Positions 12,905-26,931 of a DNA stretch of 64,000 bases are shown one piece after another. Within the stretch, counting starts at the first letter, position 1. Each line of letters begins with the position of its first letter. Position numbers and translations under genes: made by a program. The notes beneath the pieces were generated by a model. It saw only the letters and a list, made by a program, of their open reading frames with translations, ran no database searches and was not told where the DNA came from. The stretch spans positions 12,524,001-12,588,000 of the forward strand of contig OZ249439.1 of assembly GCA_965235115.1 (NCBI GenBank). Direction: 5' to 3'. The stretch comes from Laetmonice hystrix. Taxonomy: Eukaryota.

Positions 12905-13721
12905 TGTGAGAAGTATTCCTCCCAGTCGGTCGCCAAACATGTGGCAGTATACCCTCTCTAGGATCCGGCACTGGAACGGATTCTGAGTTGCGACTAGCTC
13001 CAGGAATTTTGAATTGCGGCTAACTACGAGGGGAAATGGGATCTTTAAGATTGCTGCATGTAATCTGTGCCCCTAAATACAATCTGCATGTACTTGGTCA
13101 GCTTGGTGAGGGATAATTAAAGTCTCTGACACAATAACACATTGCGTGCACTTAATTTGGGCCATTTATCTGACAAAGGGGGGGGGGTAATTTGTTCTTA
13201 TTTGAATACACAGACTAATTCAATTCATGGGCCCGTTAATATTTGACATCTTCAATTCGAGGAAAATTATGATCCATGGGGCTTGAATCCAATTCATATT
13301 TCCAAGAGCGCAATAATTAAGAACACCCAGATCTGGCAACTGATTACTGAGAGAATATTTTCACCCAAACTGATAGGGCAATACCACCCCCCCCCCCGCC
13401 ACACCACTGCCCCCGGGACAATATACTCCCAACAACCCCTGATCAAAATATCCCCCTAAAAAAATATGCCCCTCACCAACAGGTCCGACATACAGAATGG
13501 TTTGAGGAAACATTGCTTTAACTGCAAATTTTAATTGCACCCGCACTCGCTTAACCAGTTACCAAACCCAACGCTATGATTCTGAGGAGCTCTAATTTAT
13601 GCCTTTTTGTTACTCATTAACTACGTTCCAAATCCATTCATTAACATCTATACATAAACTCGGTGTTGGGGGTTGGAGGATATTGTTTCGGGGGTTTTGG
13701 TGGCGGGATACGGACAGCTGT

Positions 13722-13893
13722 TTCACTAACGGTGACATCCCCGATTTGGGGACATCCCCACTCAAACTGTTCCACTAAAATGTCTGCCTGGAGACATCCC
13801 CAATTCAGGCAATGTTAATTTCAAGGACATTTTAGTGAAACGGTATGTCTCTGAATCGTGGATGTCCCCACTTGGGGATGGCTTCGCTTAGTC
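13722..13893. mobile_element. Degenerate nested-palindrome element (MITE-like)
   Basis: Outer arms catccccgatttggggacatcc / ggatgtccccacttggggatg. Inner arms actgttccactaaaatgtc / gacattttagtgaaacggt. Central tgcctg...caggca stem. No TSD identified. Confidence 0.55.
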
Positions 13894-16800
13894 ACTATTG
13901 GGCATATCTCCCAATCAACTTTTGCCAGACAAACATCCTAAGACCAGTCCTCGGCCCATTAGTTGACTCAGTATGCTTCAGCGGGCCATGGCAATAGTAG
14001 GATACCTTTGGAAATATACCATCACTCAAAATATGGGTCCTAAATGAGAGGGCCAAATACACTAAAGCGATTCTTCTTGCGATGTCTCTATGATTTGAGT
14101 TTAAATGATGGGACACATTTCCCGTATGCACCGCGATGGCAAAGTACATGTAGAGTGAATTTTTACCTTTACTTCAATTAGCAATTGTACGGGCGTCGAA
14201 TAGAAAGTGGCATCAGTGTGTTTGGCCCTGATATAGGCTAAGTCCTTCTTCCCAGCAGAGCTTCCACAAACATCAATCACTGCTCGCCACGACTCTAGAT
14301 ACATTTGAGCACATTTCGCTTGCCTCAATTCAACGCTGCTTTTTAACACCACTTCATTTACCTCTTTTTGAAAGATTCGCGAAACCAATGTAATTCTATC
14401 AACCGTGGGGATGACACTGGCAGATGATGCCCGACAAACACAATCATGGATGCCAGAAAATCGTTTCTGTTAACCACTTCAAATTCCCACTGATTGCACT
14501 GGACTGAGCCTGATTTGAAGGCTGTGTTTTCTAGTTATTGTTTCGTATCTACAGTGACAAATTGCATTTAGAATCATGTTATCATAGCTCCTCTATAGTA
14601 CATCTGAGTCAAATTCAATCGCTGAATATCGTAATAATACAGACAAAACGAACACATACTTATAGACTTACAGGGAATCAGAAATTAATCTTAATAAGAG
14701 AAAAAACATAACATAACGACGCCTGCGTTTTTAGTCACCTGAAATCCATTTTCGGAACCAATTGGAAGCGCAGCCAAGCAGAATCCGTTACTATCGGGAT
14801 TTGTTTTAACCATTAACTCATGCAGGTACATCAAACCCTCAGGGTAAATGCTCTCAATTGAAACAAGTTAATCTACCAGAACACTTGAATGCTATCTCCA
14901 ATGAAATGATTATAACTGATCACTTCTGTGGAGACTATTTCATGCTTGAGGTATCTGTTAGCGCAACAGTCATGAAATTAGGATAAGCATCTAATAGCCC
15001 CAACGTGCTGATAGACGTTCTGTCCGAGTCCATCCACGACTGGCCACTCTGACCACTGGTCCGTGTCCGGCAGACAAGACGGAAGTGGACGCTGTGTCCA
15101 GGAAGGCTGGGACGTAGTCAGGTTCATCTTAATTGAATCTCGTCATGGTCGCCATTGGCAATTACCGTTGTTTCTCTTTCTAATCGTGATAGCTGCATAG
15201 TTACTTGAGCCCTTCAACAGTCGCCCGCTGGGCATCTAATCATTTGTCTCGGACCCTTTGTTTCAACGTTACCAGTGGCATAGCCACGTCACAGAAATTG
15301 TACAGTGTGATTATTTCAAAACACACAAGTCCTGTGCTCTTTTCAAAGCAAATCTGTGAAATGCTTCTATTCATACATATAGTGGTCTGTATAACAAATA
15401 TGGAGTGAGAAGCTGTTTGGAGAAAGCTTAGAGTCGTGCAACTTTTATTCCGCTGATCCAGAGTATGGATTGAAGAAGTTGCCTGAATCAACTCTATTCT
15501 CTTTCAAAAGGAAGTCTAGCCTTTTTTTAAATGAATGAAACTGCTGAACACAACAGTTCCCAACAGCAGGTAATCCTCTCCTCCCTCCCACCAACGACCT
15601 TATTGAAGAAACTGGAAGGATTCCAATAAACCCGATATGGTGCTTGTCGAACGAAGGTCGGACTCTCGTGTCTCCCTGCAAAATTAGGGCTGATCGTGTA
15701 AAAGAGTCAGACTACCTCTAGCTACATTACCTGTCCGTTTGAAGTGGTTACGGGAAGTAACGCCTGGAAAACATTAGCCTGGAATTCAGTTTCATTAGTG
15801 CAGAAGATTTTTTACTTTTTATACCTTAACTGGGCAAAGAACATGATCGAAATGACTAGCAATACATTAAAACGTTTACCTATTTATTACAACATGGTTG
15901 CCACTATGGGATTTATACCCCAGATGGACATTTGCAAATATAAGAGACTATACGGTACCTTATCGTACAACATTCTCAACCTATCTCTATGAATCTTTAT
16001 TCTTATAAGTGTCTATCATGATGATATCGGTCATTTGTCCCCTTTGGTATTACAGTGGAAGATTGAGCATCTTGAACTGTAAACTGGACAGCTGGCATCA
16101 TAACGCCTTTTATGTCTGGCATCTACCAATCAAAGAGCCTTTTCCATGTGGCACCGTGCCTTTGTACATCAGCATGCACCCCCACCCTCCTTCATGCCAA
16201 CCCGTTGCCTGCCAGCCCTCACAAAACCTTGGCCGTGCTTCCTACCCTATCACATCTTCACTGCTGATTTGTGAACGCACGCACAGGGTCTTCGCTGAAA
16301 ATGATCGTCATTTATTTCCCCACGCAGTATCGGTGACGTTTCAAATAATGCCTTGTGAAGAACATGACTGCTGACTTTATGTGGTATAATAGTGGAGCGC
16401 ATGTCTCGCTGTCATAAGGAAATATGCCTGTCATCTTTCCTGGTCATCAAGTGGTGTTACTAAGTCAGGAGAACTTTGTAAAGTTATCTCACTGTTATTT
16501 AGAGAGTCATAAAAAGTAACTAAATAAATCTACAAATGAGGAAATAGTTCTTCGTTATCGTAAATTATACACTCTAATCAGGAGTTCCGTTTTTTTTATA
16601 CTGCTGTGGATTGATGCTTTGTACGCAATTCATGCAAATTAAAGTCACTACCTAAATGTTCCAATGGGATTATAGCTGTGTGATTCCGTTCAGAAATCGA
16701 CTAGGATTTTGACAACAATAGGTCTTTTTTATAAATAAGAAGTAGCGCCCGCCATTTCTCAAGCATCTACATGAGTCAAATGTGACGGTTAAACTAGTTC

Positions 16801-19800
16801 TGTACGCCAAGAATGAAAACCTGATGTAAACTACCCTGAAATGCCTGTAGATGATAATACTATACGGTAGAGAGATTGAGTTGAAACCGACGACAATGAA
16901 TTGCTTACTATAGAAAAGGGCTCTCATTGCGCAGTTAACTTAATTAAATCCTGCTATTTCTTAAAAGTCTTACTAAGTTAATTTCAATAAGTATACAATT
17001 TTCGAAAAATTTCGTTCCCGAATTCAATCCCTTTTTTTGAAGATATCAATGTTTAAAGTTGGCAATATCCGTACTATATACATGCGAATGAATTAAATTG
17101 CTCCGCACTAATTCAATGCAGTGTATTAGTGTTCACATCAACACTAATGGAGGACTAGTACCGTGACATTATTAGGAATTACCACCCATTATTTCAAGTC
17201 AAATTCCACTAATCCAATCCCATTTCATCCCCATAGTCACTGCTGAGCTTGATAATGAAAAATACATAATCTGCTTCAGTCTCATCTTTCCTGCCTCTGC
17301 GTAATATTTACAATGCACAATCCGGATAAAACGTCGGTGTTAACCGATGGCATTGATTAGCGATGGCATATTAGCAATAAATGTCTATGAAAAATGGTTG
17401 CAAATCCTTGAACGACACCGAGTCAGATGTCAAACTGCCATCCGCTGTCGCAAACTAGGCTTGAGCTCCACCGACATCATTAATAAATCTTTCTTTTTCT
17501 GCATGGACATTTTCCAGTTAACACTTAATGGAAAGCTTTAGAAAAGCAAACTTCTCTTAGACAAAACAAAATTTCTCTAACAGGTTACTTTATACGAGCA
17601 ATAAACTGAATGAATCAGAGCCTTGTAAGATAAATACAGTGATCCCAACCTTTTGACCCGTCCTCATCCAAGACTGAATGCAATATCTCTCAGTGTTCGC
17701 TTGAATCACATACAGCTGCTGCACAGTGTAGATTTAGAAAGCGCCCGTCGGTGACAACCCATTGTGTCAAAGAGCTGCTGGCATAGAGTCAGCGTCTGAA
17801 TCAGTCAGCTCACCTTAGAGTACTGCGACAAAGTCACTTGTGAACTAGTATGTGCGAGATTCAGACCACCTTAGCAGGTCGGCTACACCGGTGAAAGATA
17901 CGAGCTAGGTCCTTATATAATAAATATATTCTGTGTTAGCCCGGGTGATGACCAAGAGCTTTCCACACTGTACATCCGCGGCTGAGAGGTGGTGGTGATG
18001 ACACTGGAGTTTAGACCATCCAAGGACTGTGTTGAGAAATGCATCATCATTATTTTATTTCCGTTTCATTTTACCAAATCTTTATCCTGCATGATCTCAA
18101 GTATTCCCTCAAAGCTTGTGCTCTACTTGCTTTTTACAGGTTATTTTTTCAATCCGACCGAAGTAAGACTTTCTGCAGCCAGCAAGAAGCAAGTACTTTT
18201 CGACAAGCCTAACGGTAGACCTGCATGAGCCCTCGACTGCAATTTTTATAAAAAGTTTAAGTTAATTGTAAAAGTTTAATGTAACTTCATAATTCTTTTT
18301 AATAAGCGCAAAACCTAAAGGCACCACTTATTTCAGAAGTTTCTCCACGTCATAAAAATATAGCCAAACTAATCCTGATCTAAATTATTCAGCATTAGTG
18401 AATTTTTATCAAGTTGTGTTTTTCCATAATCACTGCTGCGAGATGTTTCTGCCGACTTCTTGCGTTATTTGGTGAAGAGGATACTGGTACGTGACGCCAT
18501 GTACTTGCTGTCAGCAGAGGTTACACATGCTTCACATGACAGTGCTAACGTACGTGACATTCTTACATTAATGTCTCAGAATAGAAACTTGCTGCCCATT
18601 TTAGCCGCCTAATTAACCTCCTCAGACCCCCATCAGGGAGTGAACTTTGAGCTAGACACCTGGCTTATGATCCTCTTCCTCGAAATCTGAAATCTGGAAA
18701 GCCCATGTGGCATTCCATGTAATGTAATATACAATTCCCTGACAACCACTGGGCAAAAATATAAGAGAAAAGCACTTGATAAAACCTCATCATTATGAAA
18801 CGTGTTCTCCTATTAAGGACACAGTCAAGGCAAGGATCTTTGCAAATTGAACATGTGTACAGAGATAATAATGATGAATTCGGGAACCGAAGACTAGCAT
18901 GAACTGGAAACAATTACTTTACTCAATAGTTTCTTTGTCATAGTACATTGCAGTGTTAAACTGATAAGGCATAGTTCGATACGAAGCAGACAACTTCATA
19001 AAATTCTATCCCCATATTATCATCATTCATCAAACTTAATAAAATTCCTGATTCCGATTTTCACACATTAAGATCATCTGATTTTTCTCACTACAACTAA
19101 AGAAACTGTAGTTTCTAGGACAGAATATCAAATAATACAGGTTCCTGTATATTATTAATATTATTCATATTCTTTACACTACTTAATAAGTATTTCTAAG
19201 TTCCCGTATACCTTGGGCATGGTAGTCGCAAAATGAAACATTTGAAGCATGTTGCAATATTTTGGCCAGTGAGTGTACTATCTAACCACGTTGAAACCTT
19301 GAGACCCGTCTCCAAGAGGGGCATTCAATATGCATGGTAAAAGTCTGTATGACGCTGAGGCACCGGCCCTGCCCCGTTTCCTTGACCCACCTTGCAAACG
19401 TTTGGACCTTTGGGTCTGCGAGGCTAATCCAGATTTATACCTGAATATCAAACGGACAGGAAGGGCTGGGGCAGGTGGCTGACCCTCTAAGGTAACACTC
19501 CCAGGTTGGTCTACCGGTCAGGATGGCGGGGTCAAGCCTCTCGTGTTCCGTCAACTAACGGGGTTCTAGAGCGGGGGAGGGGGTGAGCCCACTGACTTAT
19601 CATACGCTGGCCCTATCGATATTATCTACCCTGGAAGGAGAAAAACTAACACGATTTACAGCTATTCTTTCACAACCAATTGAAATCGTAGCGATTCTGA
19701 GTGTAGATATAAGGCAGGATGTTTCAGTATACATGGTGATATCCTGCATGATAAATTGGGTGATAACACGATTGGGGTAGTACCCATTCACCACCGCACC

Positions 19801-20095
19801 TCAAGAAAACGTACAACATACTCTATATGGCTGTAGAAATATGACAGGACGAAGTCTCATGTTTGACTATAGGACTCCATTTGATTACATGTATACACAT
19901 CTTTGCCTTTCCATATTCGTGTTGCTTGACCACGAGTCAAGCAACCCGTACGGTCTATCGGATAAAGAGAATTCGCCCTTCGTGTCTCAGACCAAAACTC
20001 TAGGTCTGTCCTGCTTTATATCTTAAACCCAATACTCACTCGCATTCCCAAAATGACAGATATATGCGATTTTCTCCCTCGCTATTGTATAACAG

Positions 20096-20446
20096 AACGA
20101 GCCGGGTACCTGTATTAGATTGTCTTATGTCGTGACAACAGCATAGCTCATCGCTGGAACAGAGACTGGACGGTACCAGACCGAATACATTGCCAACATC
20201 ACTTTCAGCCTGCAGTTCGTTCGCGTTAACAAGCCAACACTGGGTGCCAATGTATCACTGGCAACCCCAACAAATGCTACAGCAATTACAGATAGGACGG
20301 GGATGCTTGACCCGATAACAGCTCTCTGTCCTTTTGGTGGACCCAGAATTTGGGCAAGTGGACGGATGCGACACTTAATCGTTGAAAGCTTGATTTTGTA
20401 CTTTCAATTCCAAAGACCTGATGAGAATAATACCGTAAATGATTAA
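20096..20446 (+). pseudogene. Exon-like frame of 117 codons with one internal TAG; NEPGTCIRLSYVVTTA*LIAGTETGRYQTEYIANITFSLQFVRVNKPTLGANVSLATPTNATAITDRTG...
   Basis: Acceptor tttctccctcgctattgtataacag is in phase with the frame, there is a single stop at 20144-20146, and several N-x-S/T sequons occur. No family recognised. It overlaps a competing minus-strand exon candidate at 20040-20109. Confidence 0.25.
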
Positions 20447-21306
20447 ATTACCATAATTACCATAAAATAATCGTTTGAAATGTACATCGGAACTCATCAC
20501 AGATTAACAAGGCGTTCAATTAATCCGGATGATCTCTAGATCATGCACCTGTAAAATATCTTTCAAAGACTGCCATTACCTCATGACCTTTTACTTTATA
20601 TACTTCTAACATCGAAGCTCTTTGCTCCTCGCGTTAATGACGTTTTAAAGTAATGGGTTCATAAGCCATTGTATAATACTGAGTAACAAATGCCACCATA
20701 AATGACTACGAATAAAGCAGTGCGAATTGTACCATAAGTTCCAGTCAGTGTCTCCATGTGGCTGTCTTATCTTACACGACAATGCTGGTGGTTCAGATTG
20801 GGAGTAAAAAGTGATCTGTTACATTCACATCTCGCTTATCTCCACCTCAAAGGCAATGGGAGACCAATGAAGAAGGTTTGTGGGCTGTTAAAATGAAAGC
20901 ATTGTTGGCACAAAGACTGCAAACTGCAGACATTCAGAGCATATCCAATGTCTCTATACTTAGAATACCCAACGTCTGCCGACAGACAAACAACCTTTGG
21001 TAATCGCTGTGAACCTTTTACATTGTCTCATAATGACGCAAACACAGTACCATCAATACCGAAAGGAAGGTATCAGTATCATTGTGTACCTATATTCTGT
21101 TTTCTTGTTCTGTTTGTAGATCGAAACTATGTGTACGTCTAACCTTCACCACTATTGGTGCTAGGTGCCAGGGCATGGCTGGGTCAGTGCCCAGTTGTCG
21201 ATAGGAGCCTCAACCATTGATTTATCGCATGTTTGTAGCCCATGTGGTCCATTGTATGTTAGGAGCTGTGTCCATCTGGGACTGGGATCTTGCAGACATG
21301 TGATAC

Positions 21307-21381
21307 CTTATCCACTGCATCAAGGTCATCTCCCATAGTAACACGGGCAGCGTCTGGCAAGCGATCCACTGAGACACGTTT
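21307..21381 (-). CDS. Candidate 75-nt exon (KRVSVDRLPDAARVTMGDDLDAVDK in phase 0, or NVSQWIACQTLPVLLWEMTLMQWI in phase 2)
   Basis: Acceptor tctctattgctatag and donor AAG|gtatca. Length is a multiple of 3 and two frames are open. Confidence 0.25.
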
Positions 21382-22190
21382 CTATAGCAATAGAGATTCT
21401 AAGATCCTGAAATTCACAGTCTTATTCCTGCAACATTTTTACCTAGTATATCGTTCCTATCCAATCATTATTCGCGAATTGTTTTCCCCGAGTTGTAATG
21501 CAGGACTTGCACGAAAAAGAACCACTGCCATACAGGTCTAGCAACCAATCAAACTTATAGATATATAATCCTTGCAGAAAGGACAGTCTTTTTACGAACG
21601 TCAATCAGTATTTTCTCTCCGTACATATAGTGTTGTACACATGATCACACACAGAATCTGTAAGAACAAATCAGAAAATGTCAGAATTGGCGACTTTACG
21701 AAGGCAGCTTCAGACGTCATCCATTGCTTCTCTGGAAAGTTTTGTGCATAAAATGCCAACATACGCTGCGGTAAATGTTTTGTAATAGCAGTAGCATACA
21801 ACCAGTAAAAGGCTTCAACATACGTGGCAACACGACTAGAATGTGTCCTTTTGTTACGTCTTATTTAATGTGTATTGTGCACATCTCACGCTGGCTGCTA
21901 CACTACTGGTTATTTGTTCGTTCGTTACATGAACATATTAATAGGCCTCGTGGGATTAATGCAGATGCTGATAGCCACTCCCTGCACAGAATAACATCTA
22001 TGATTCCGCTGACTTTGTCATTCTTCACTTGACCATTCTCCTCACTTATCAACGGTAGTAGCCTTTTAGTCTTGGTGCACATTTGTCTATATTCTGTCTT
22101 CATGAAGTATGTTCCAGGTGTCCCGCGTCAATAAAATCTACACAAATAATAGCCAACTGTACAAACTGGTCCAACGTATGAAAAAGAATG

Positions 22191-23910
22191 AAACAGCATC
22201 ATCGCCGAGGCATTACTGCTGTCCCCATGGGGCTATAGTATTAAACAGCAGCATCCCGAGGCGTGAACCAGGGAGGGTGTGCCGTTGGCGGACCCTGGCG
22301 GGCATTAATGCTGTGCCCCATGGGGCTACAGTATTAAACAGCATCATCCCTGGTGGAACCAGGAAGGGTGTGCCGTAGGCGGACCCTGGCGGGCATTACT
22401 GCTGTACCCATGGGGCTATAGTATTAAACAGCATCATCCCTGAGGTGTGAACCAGGGAGGGTGTGCCGTAGGCGGACCCTGGCGGGCATTGATGCTGTCC
22501 ACACGGGGCTACAGTATTAAACAGCAGCATCCCGAGGCGTGAACCAGGGAGGGTGTGCCGTTGGCGGACCCTGGCGGGCATTACTGCTGTACCCATGGGG
22601 CTATAGTATTAAACAGCATCATCCCTGAGGCGTGAACCAGGGAGGGTGTGCCGTAGGCGGACCCTGGCGGGCATTACTGTTGTCCCCATGGGGCTATAGT
22701 ATTAAACAGCATCATCCCTGATGGAACCAGGGGGGATGTGCCGTAGGCGGACCCTGGCGGGCATTGATGCTGTCCACATGGGGCTATAGTATTAAACAGC
22801 ATCATCCCTGATGGAACCAGGGGGGGTGTGCCGTAGGCGGACCCTGGCGGGCATTGATGCTGTCCACATGGGGCTATAGTATTAAACAGCATCATCCCTG
22901 ATGGAACCAGGGGGGATGTGCCGTAGGCGGACCCTGGCGGGCATTGATGCTGTCCACATGGGGCTATAGTATTAAACAGCATCATCCCTGAGGCGTGAAC
23001 CAGGGAGGGTGTGCCGTAGGCGGACCCTGGCGGGCATTGATGCTGTCCACATGGGGCTATAGTATTAAACAGCATCATCCCTGATGGAACCAGGGGGGGT
23101 GGTGTGCCGTGGGCGGACCCTGGCGGGCATTGATGCTGTCCACATGGGGCTATAGTATTAAACAGCATCATCCCTGATGGAACCAGGGGTGGTGGTGTGC
23201 CGTGGGCGGACCCTGGCGGGCATTGATGCTGTCCACATGGGGCTATAGTATTAAACAGCATCATCCCTGATGGAACCAGGGGGGGTGGTGTGCCGTGGGC
23301 GGACCCTGGCGGGCATTGATGCTGTCCACATGGGGCTATAGTATTAAACAGCATCATCCCTGATGGAACCAGGGGGGGTGGTGTGCCGTGGGCGGACCCT
23401 GGCGGGCATTGATGCTGTCCACATGGGGCTATAGTATTAAACAGCATCATCCCTGATGGAACCAGGGGGGGTGGTGTGCCGTGGGCGGACCCTGGCGGGC
23501 ATTGATGCTGTCCACATGGGGCTATAGTATTAAACAGCATCATCCCTGATGGAACCAGGGGGGGTGGTGTGCCGTGGGCGGACCCTGGCGGGCATTGATG
23601 CTGTCCACATGGGGCTATAGTATTAAACAGCATCATCCCTGATGGAACCAGGGGGGGGTGGTGTGCCGTGGGCGGACCCTGGCGGGCATTGATGCTGTCC
23701 ACATGGGGCTATAGTATTAAACAGCATCATCCCTGATGGAACCAGGGGGGGGGGTGTGCCGTAGGCGGACCCTGGCGGGTATTAATGCTGTCCACATGGG
23801 GCTATAGTATTAAACAGCATCATCCCTGATGGAACCAGGGGGGGTGTGCCGTAGGCGGACCCTGGCGGGTATTAATGCTGTCCACACGGGGTTATAGTAT
23901 CAACAGCATC
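22191..23910. repeat. GC-rich minisatellite, about 19 copies of a 90/93-bp unit
   Basis: The ttaaacagc anchor recurs from 22241 to about 23900 at spacings of mostly 90 or 93 bp, with one 92 and one 94. It is the source of the 342-aa minus-strand ORF 22674..23702. Confidence 0.98.
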
Positions 23911-24271
23911 ACATGGCGCTGCCGTAAACCATCCAGTTAATGTAGCATGTCGTAAACATTCCACTTACGACATTTTATCGGAAAGCTTAATAACCAACCA
24001 ACCAGCATGCACAAAACACGAGTGAGGGCTGGTGGCATGCAATCTGGTCATCTCCTGGGCTGAGTTCTGGGACCGATACTGGCGCAAACCACTGGAGGTT
24101 CCATAAAAGATCCTCTTATATAGTATATTCCTATCGCATGGCATGCTGCTTGGCTACGTCTGAGACCATGGGAAGCTAGGCAAAACCGGAAGTGTAATGA
24201 CTCCATTTTACCTAGGATGGTAGGAACAACTCACTTCAGGAATATTTTCACATAAGGTTGTTTTTGATTGG

Positions 24272-24274
<3 letters not shown>

Positions 24275-24320
<46 letters not shown>
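24275..24320. repeat. (GA)23 microsatellite
   Basis: Perfect GA run. Confidence 0.98.
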
Positions 24321-24326
<6 letters not shown>

Positions 24327-25699
24327 CGGACAAACAGACACAGAGGTAAAGAAGACATAAGCAGGCAGCTCTAGTACCCCATATCCCATATTAGAATATG
24401 AAAGTGCCCTTTAATTATTATGCAAATCATTTTGCTTCAGCTGCAGAAAAATATTTTCATAAGAGAAACTTGCTTTTACTGGCATCCTTAAAGTGCAGTA
24501 ACTGTTGTGCATGATGGTGTGTTAAGCACCAGACTGCGGCATTATAGGCCTATATATTCTAAGAGCAGATATGACAGATATATTTGATAAGGCCACATGT
24601 GCTGTAGTGCGTGAAGCATGCCTGATAAAGAACCAAAAATGCACATTCATTTACCTAGTTGAATATATTTGTTATGGAAAGTATGGATGCTTGAACGCAA
24701 ATATTTACTCTATTAGTTCTAGTCTCGAAAAAAAATCTGTCTCGTAAAACGCCTTTTACTTCTACTCGAACAGGTTACACCTCTACAGATCTTACAATCT
24801 TATGGCGAGCTCTTTGACTGATTGCATGGGGTACGTTAACCAATGAGCTCGCTTAATAATTTAGGCGCTATGTATAGAATGCTGCTCAGGAGGGCCCTTT
24901 CATACGAAACCGATCATTGGCAGGTAGAGCTGGCTCCATTTGGCACGTGCAGCCATTTCATGAGCTCATGAATCTTTCATGCCTCCACCGTGAGAGAACC
25001 ACAAGTTGTCACCTACGCTTGGCTGGAGCGGCAAATGTTATTAATATTTCCAAGGCTTGTCAATGATATCCGCGAACGGTCTATAGCATCGTTACACTGT
25101 TGGGTGATTCTTATACCGAACCCTGTGATAAATACAGACGCTCCCGCCTACCTTACTGTCAAGGGCTTACTTTAAAAAAAGATTACCAACAGATACTGCT
25201 CCTCGTCCCTATGCAGTGTAAGGACTGAGTTAATTATATCGTATGAATATTTATGATGGTTAATCTATGACAACCAAAGAAAATATGAGCGAATTTCTCA
25301 ATGTCTTGGAATTAGAGCTAATGCAACTTAAAATTGCGATACAACAGGTCTTGTAATTTGGCACAATGAAACTGAACAGAATGATATTACACACAGCTAT
25401 ACATAAGGTTGCAATTAATGCGCAACCTGTCTCCTGTCTTCCGTACAGTGAGTGAGCGATTTGGGGATTTTACGCCCTGTTGGCACGACTTCAGCCACAT
25501 TTGATTCTGTTGCCAAGGATATGACTACCTTTAAAACTTTCTACAGAAAATGTGTTTTTCGGAATGTGCCTTGCGATACAAAATGTCCTGTATTACACCC
25601 GTGTGCAGTAGACGGGAAACCAAGATCTCCTGTAATAATATGCCCCGGTGCAAAATGGAGGGTCTGTGCTCTTATAACACGGAGGGTCACAAACCCTAC

Positions 25700-26060
25700 T
25701 ATAAATGAAAGCTGTCCTACCCTCACATGGCCCAGAAGGGTTGAATTCGGCGTATTTCACCTCCCTCGACCGAACAAGTGTACACCATCCTGCTTCCAAA
25801 AGATTCAGCAGACTGAATGTCGATTGCCTATCATTCACATCACTCCGTAAAACAGATTATAATGGTCCCATAGATTTTCACTTACAATGTAATGAATGTT
25901 GTTCCCTGCAAGCTCTGGCGCCTATCTTTACGGTGCCTTCAAGTGTCTATACGGACCAGCCTCATCATGATTACCGGTATATACAGAGAGATGACAAAAT
26001 GTTGCTTAGAGTTCCTCAGTCATCAAAAACAGACAAATCACTAGCGAGTGCCGCTGTATT
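25700..26060 (+). mobile_element. Possible highly decayed 3' fragment of an L2/CR1-group LINE ORF2
   Basis: Across frameshifts the translations give CFQKIQQ...IIHITP* and SLQALAPIF...Y...IQRDDKMLLRVP. These echo the L2/CR1 post-RT motifs LQRIQN...DHITP and GLAP...Y.P...LRS....L.VP in the correct order. Similarity judged by eye only. Confidence 0.33.
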
Positions 26061-26931
26061 TTTTATCACTATGCCGAGAAATGCCGACCCGATTTACATA
26101 GCACATACCTGCTTTTCATTTTCTCGCCTACAATGGGTCAACAGATATATTCCACACCGGACGCTGTCCGTTCCTGTTTGCACGGTCATTTAGCTTCAAT
26201 GTCTGACCGGTCTAACATCCCAATATACACCGGCCACTGATGAGCGTTCAGAGAGGGCAGGTGACCCTTAAGTCACAGTTGTATCCGTAAGCAACCAATA
26301 TGGCCACCCTAATAGCCCCTGGGAGGAGGCTGTAGGGCAGGGGGTGGACGGCCAATTGAGTCGGCAGTTCCCTGATAGCATCCTGTGCCTTTATTCACGG
26401 ATTTCCTTGCTGATGTATGGATAGGTGCTGATGTGGGCCCCAAACCAGGTAGGCTTAGCGAGGGATCCAGAAGCCATCAGGTCAGGCACCGGCTCGCAGC
26501 CCCGGCACCGAGTACTTCCTGAACAAAAACCTTCCAAAATGAGCAGTCAGTCCTGACGAGGTCTCAACAGCCGCACAAGCAAGACACATTTGAAAATAAC
26601 TGGGGCCTGTCACCCGGTGGGATTAGGCCTGGTTTGAGCCAAAGGTCTTAAGTTTAATTTAAAGCTAGGAGATTCTGATCAAGGTTTGATTGCACCATTT
26701 AACGAGAAAGCCTTCATATACATCCCTGGCTTCATACAACATAAACCTTCACCATCAATAGATATACCCAAGCAGAAGCTTAGTCCATGTAGAACCACAA
26801 TCTTTAGACCAGTTACAGAATAATAGCACTATATATTATGTTTTGAATCTAATTTCTAATCCGATGGAGAACACCCCTACCCCCTACCCCCCGATAAAAT
26901 AGAAAAAGAAAAAGCAAGAGTTTTCACTTAA

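Noticed and set aside
22191-23910. CRISPR-like or protein-coding reading of the large repeat array
   Set aside because: The units are contiguous with no unique spacers, there are no cas genes and the context is eukaryotic. One open frame is expected by chance for this unit length.
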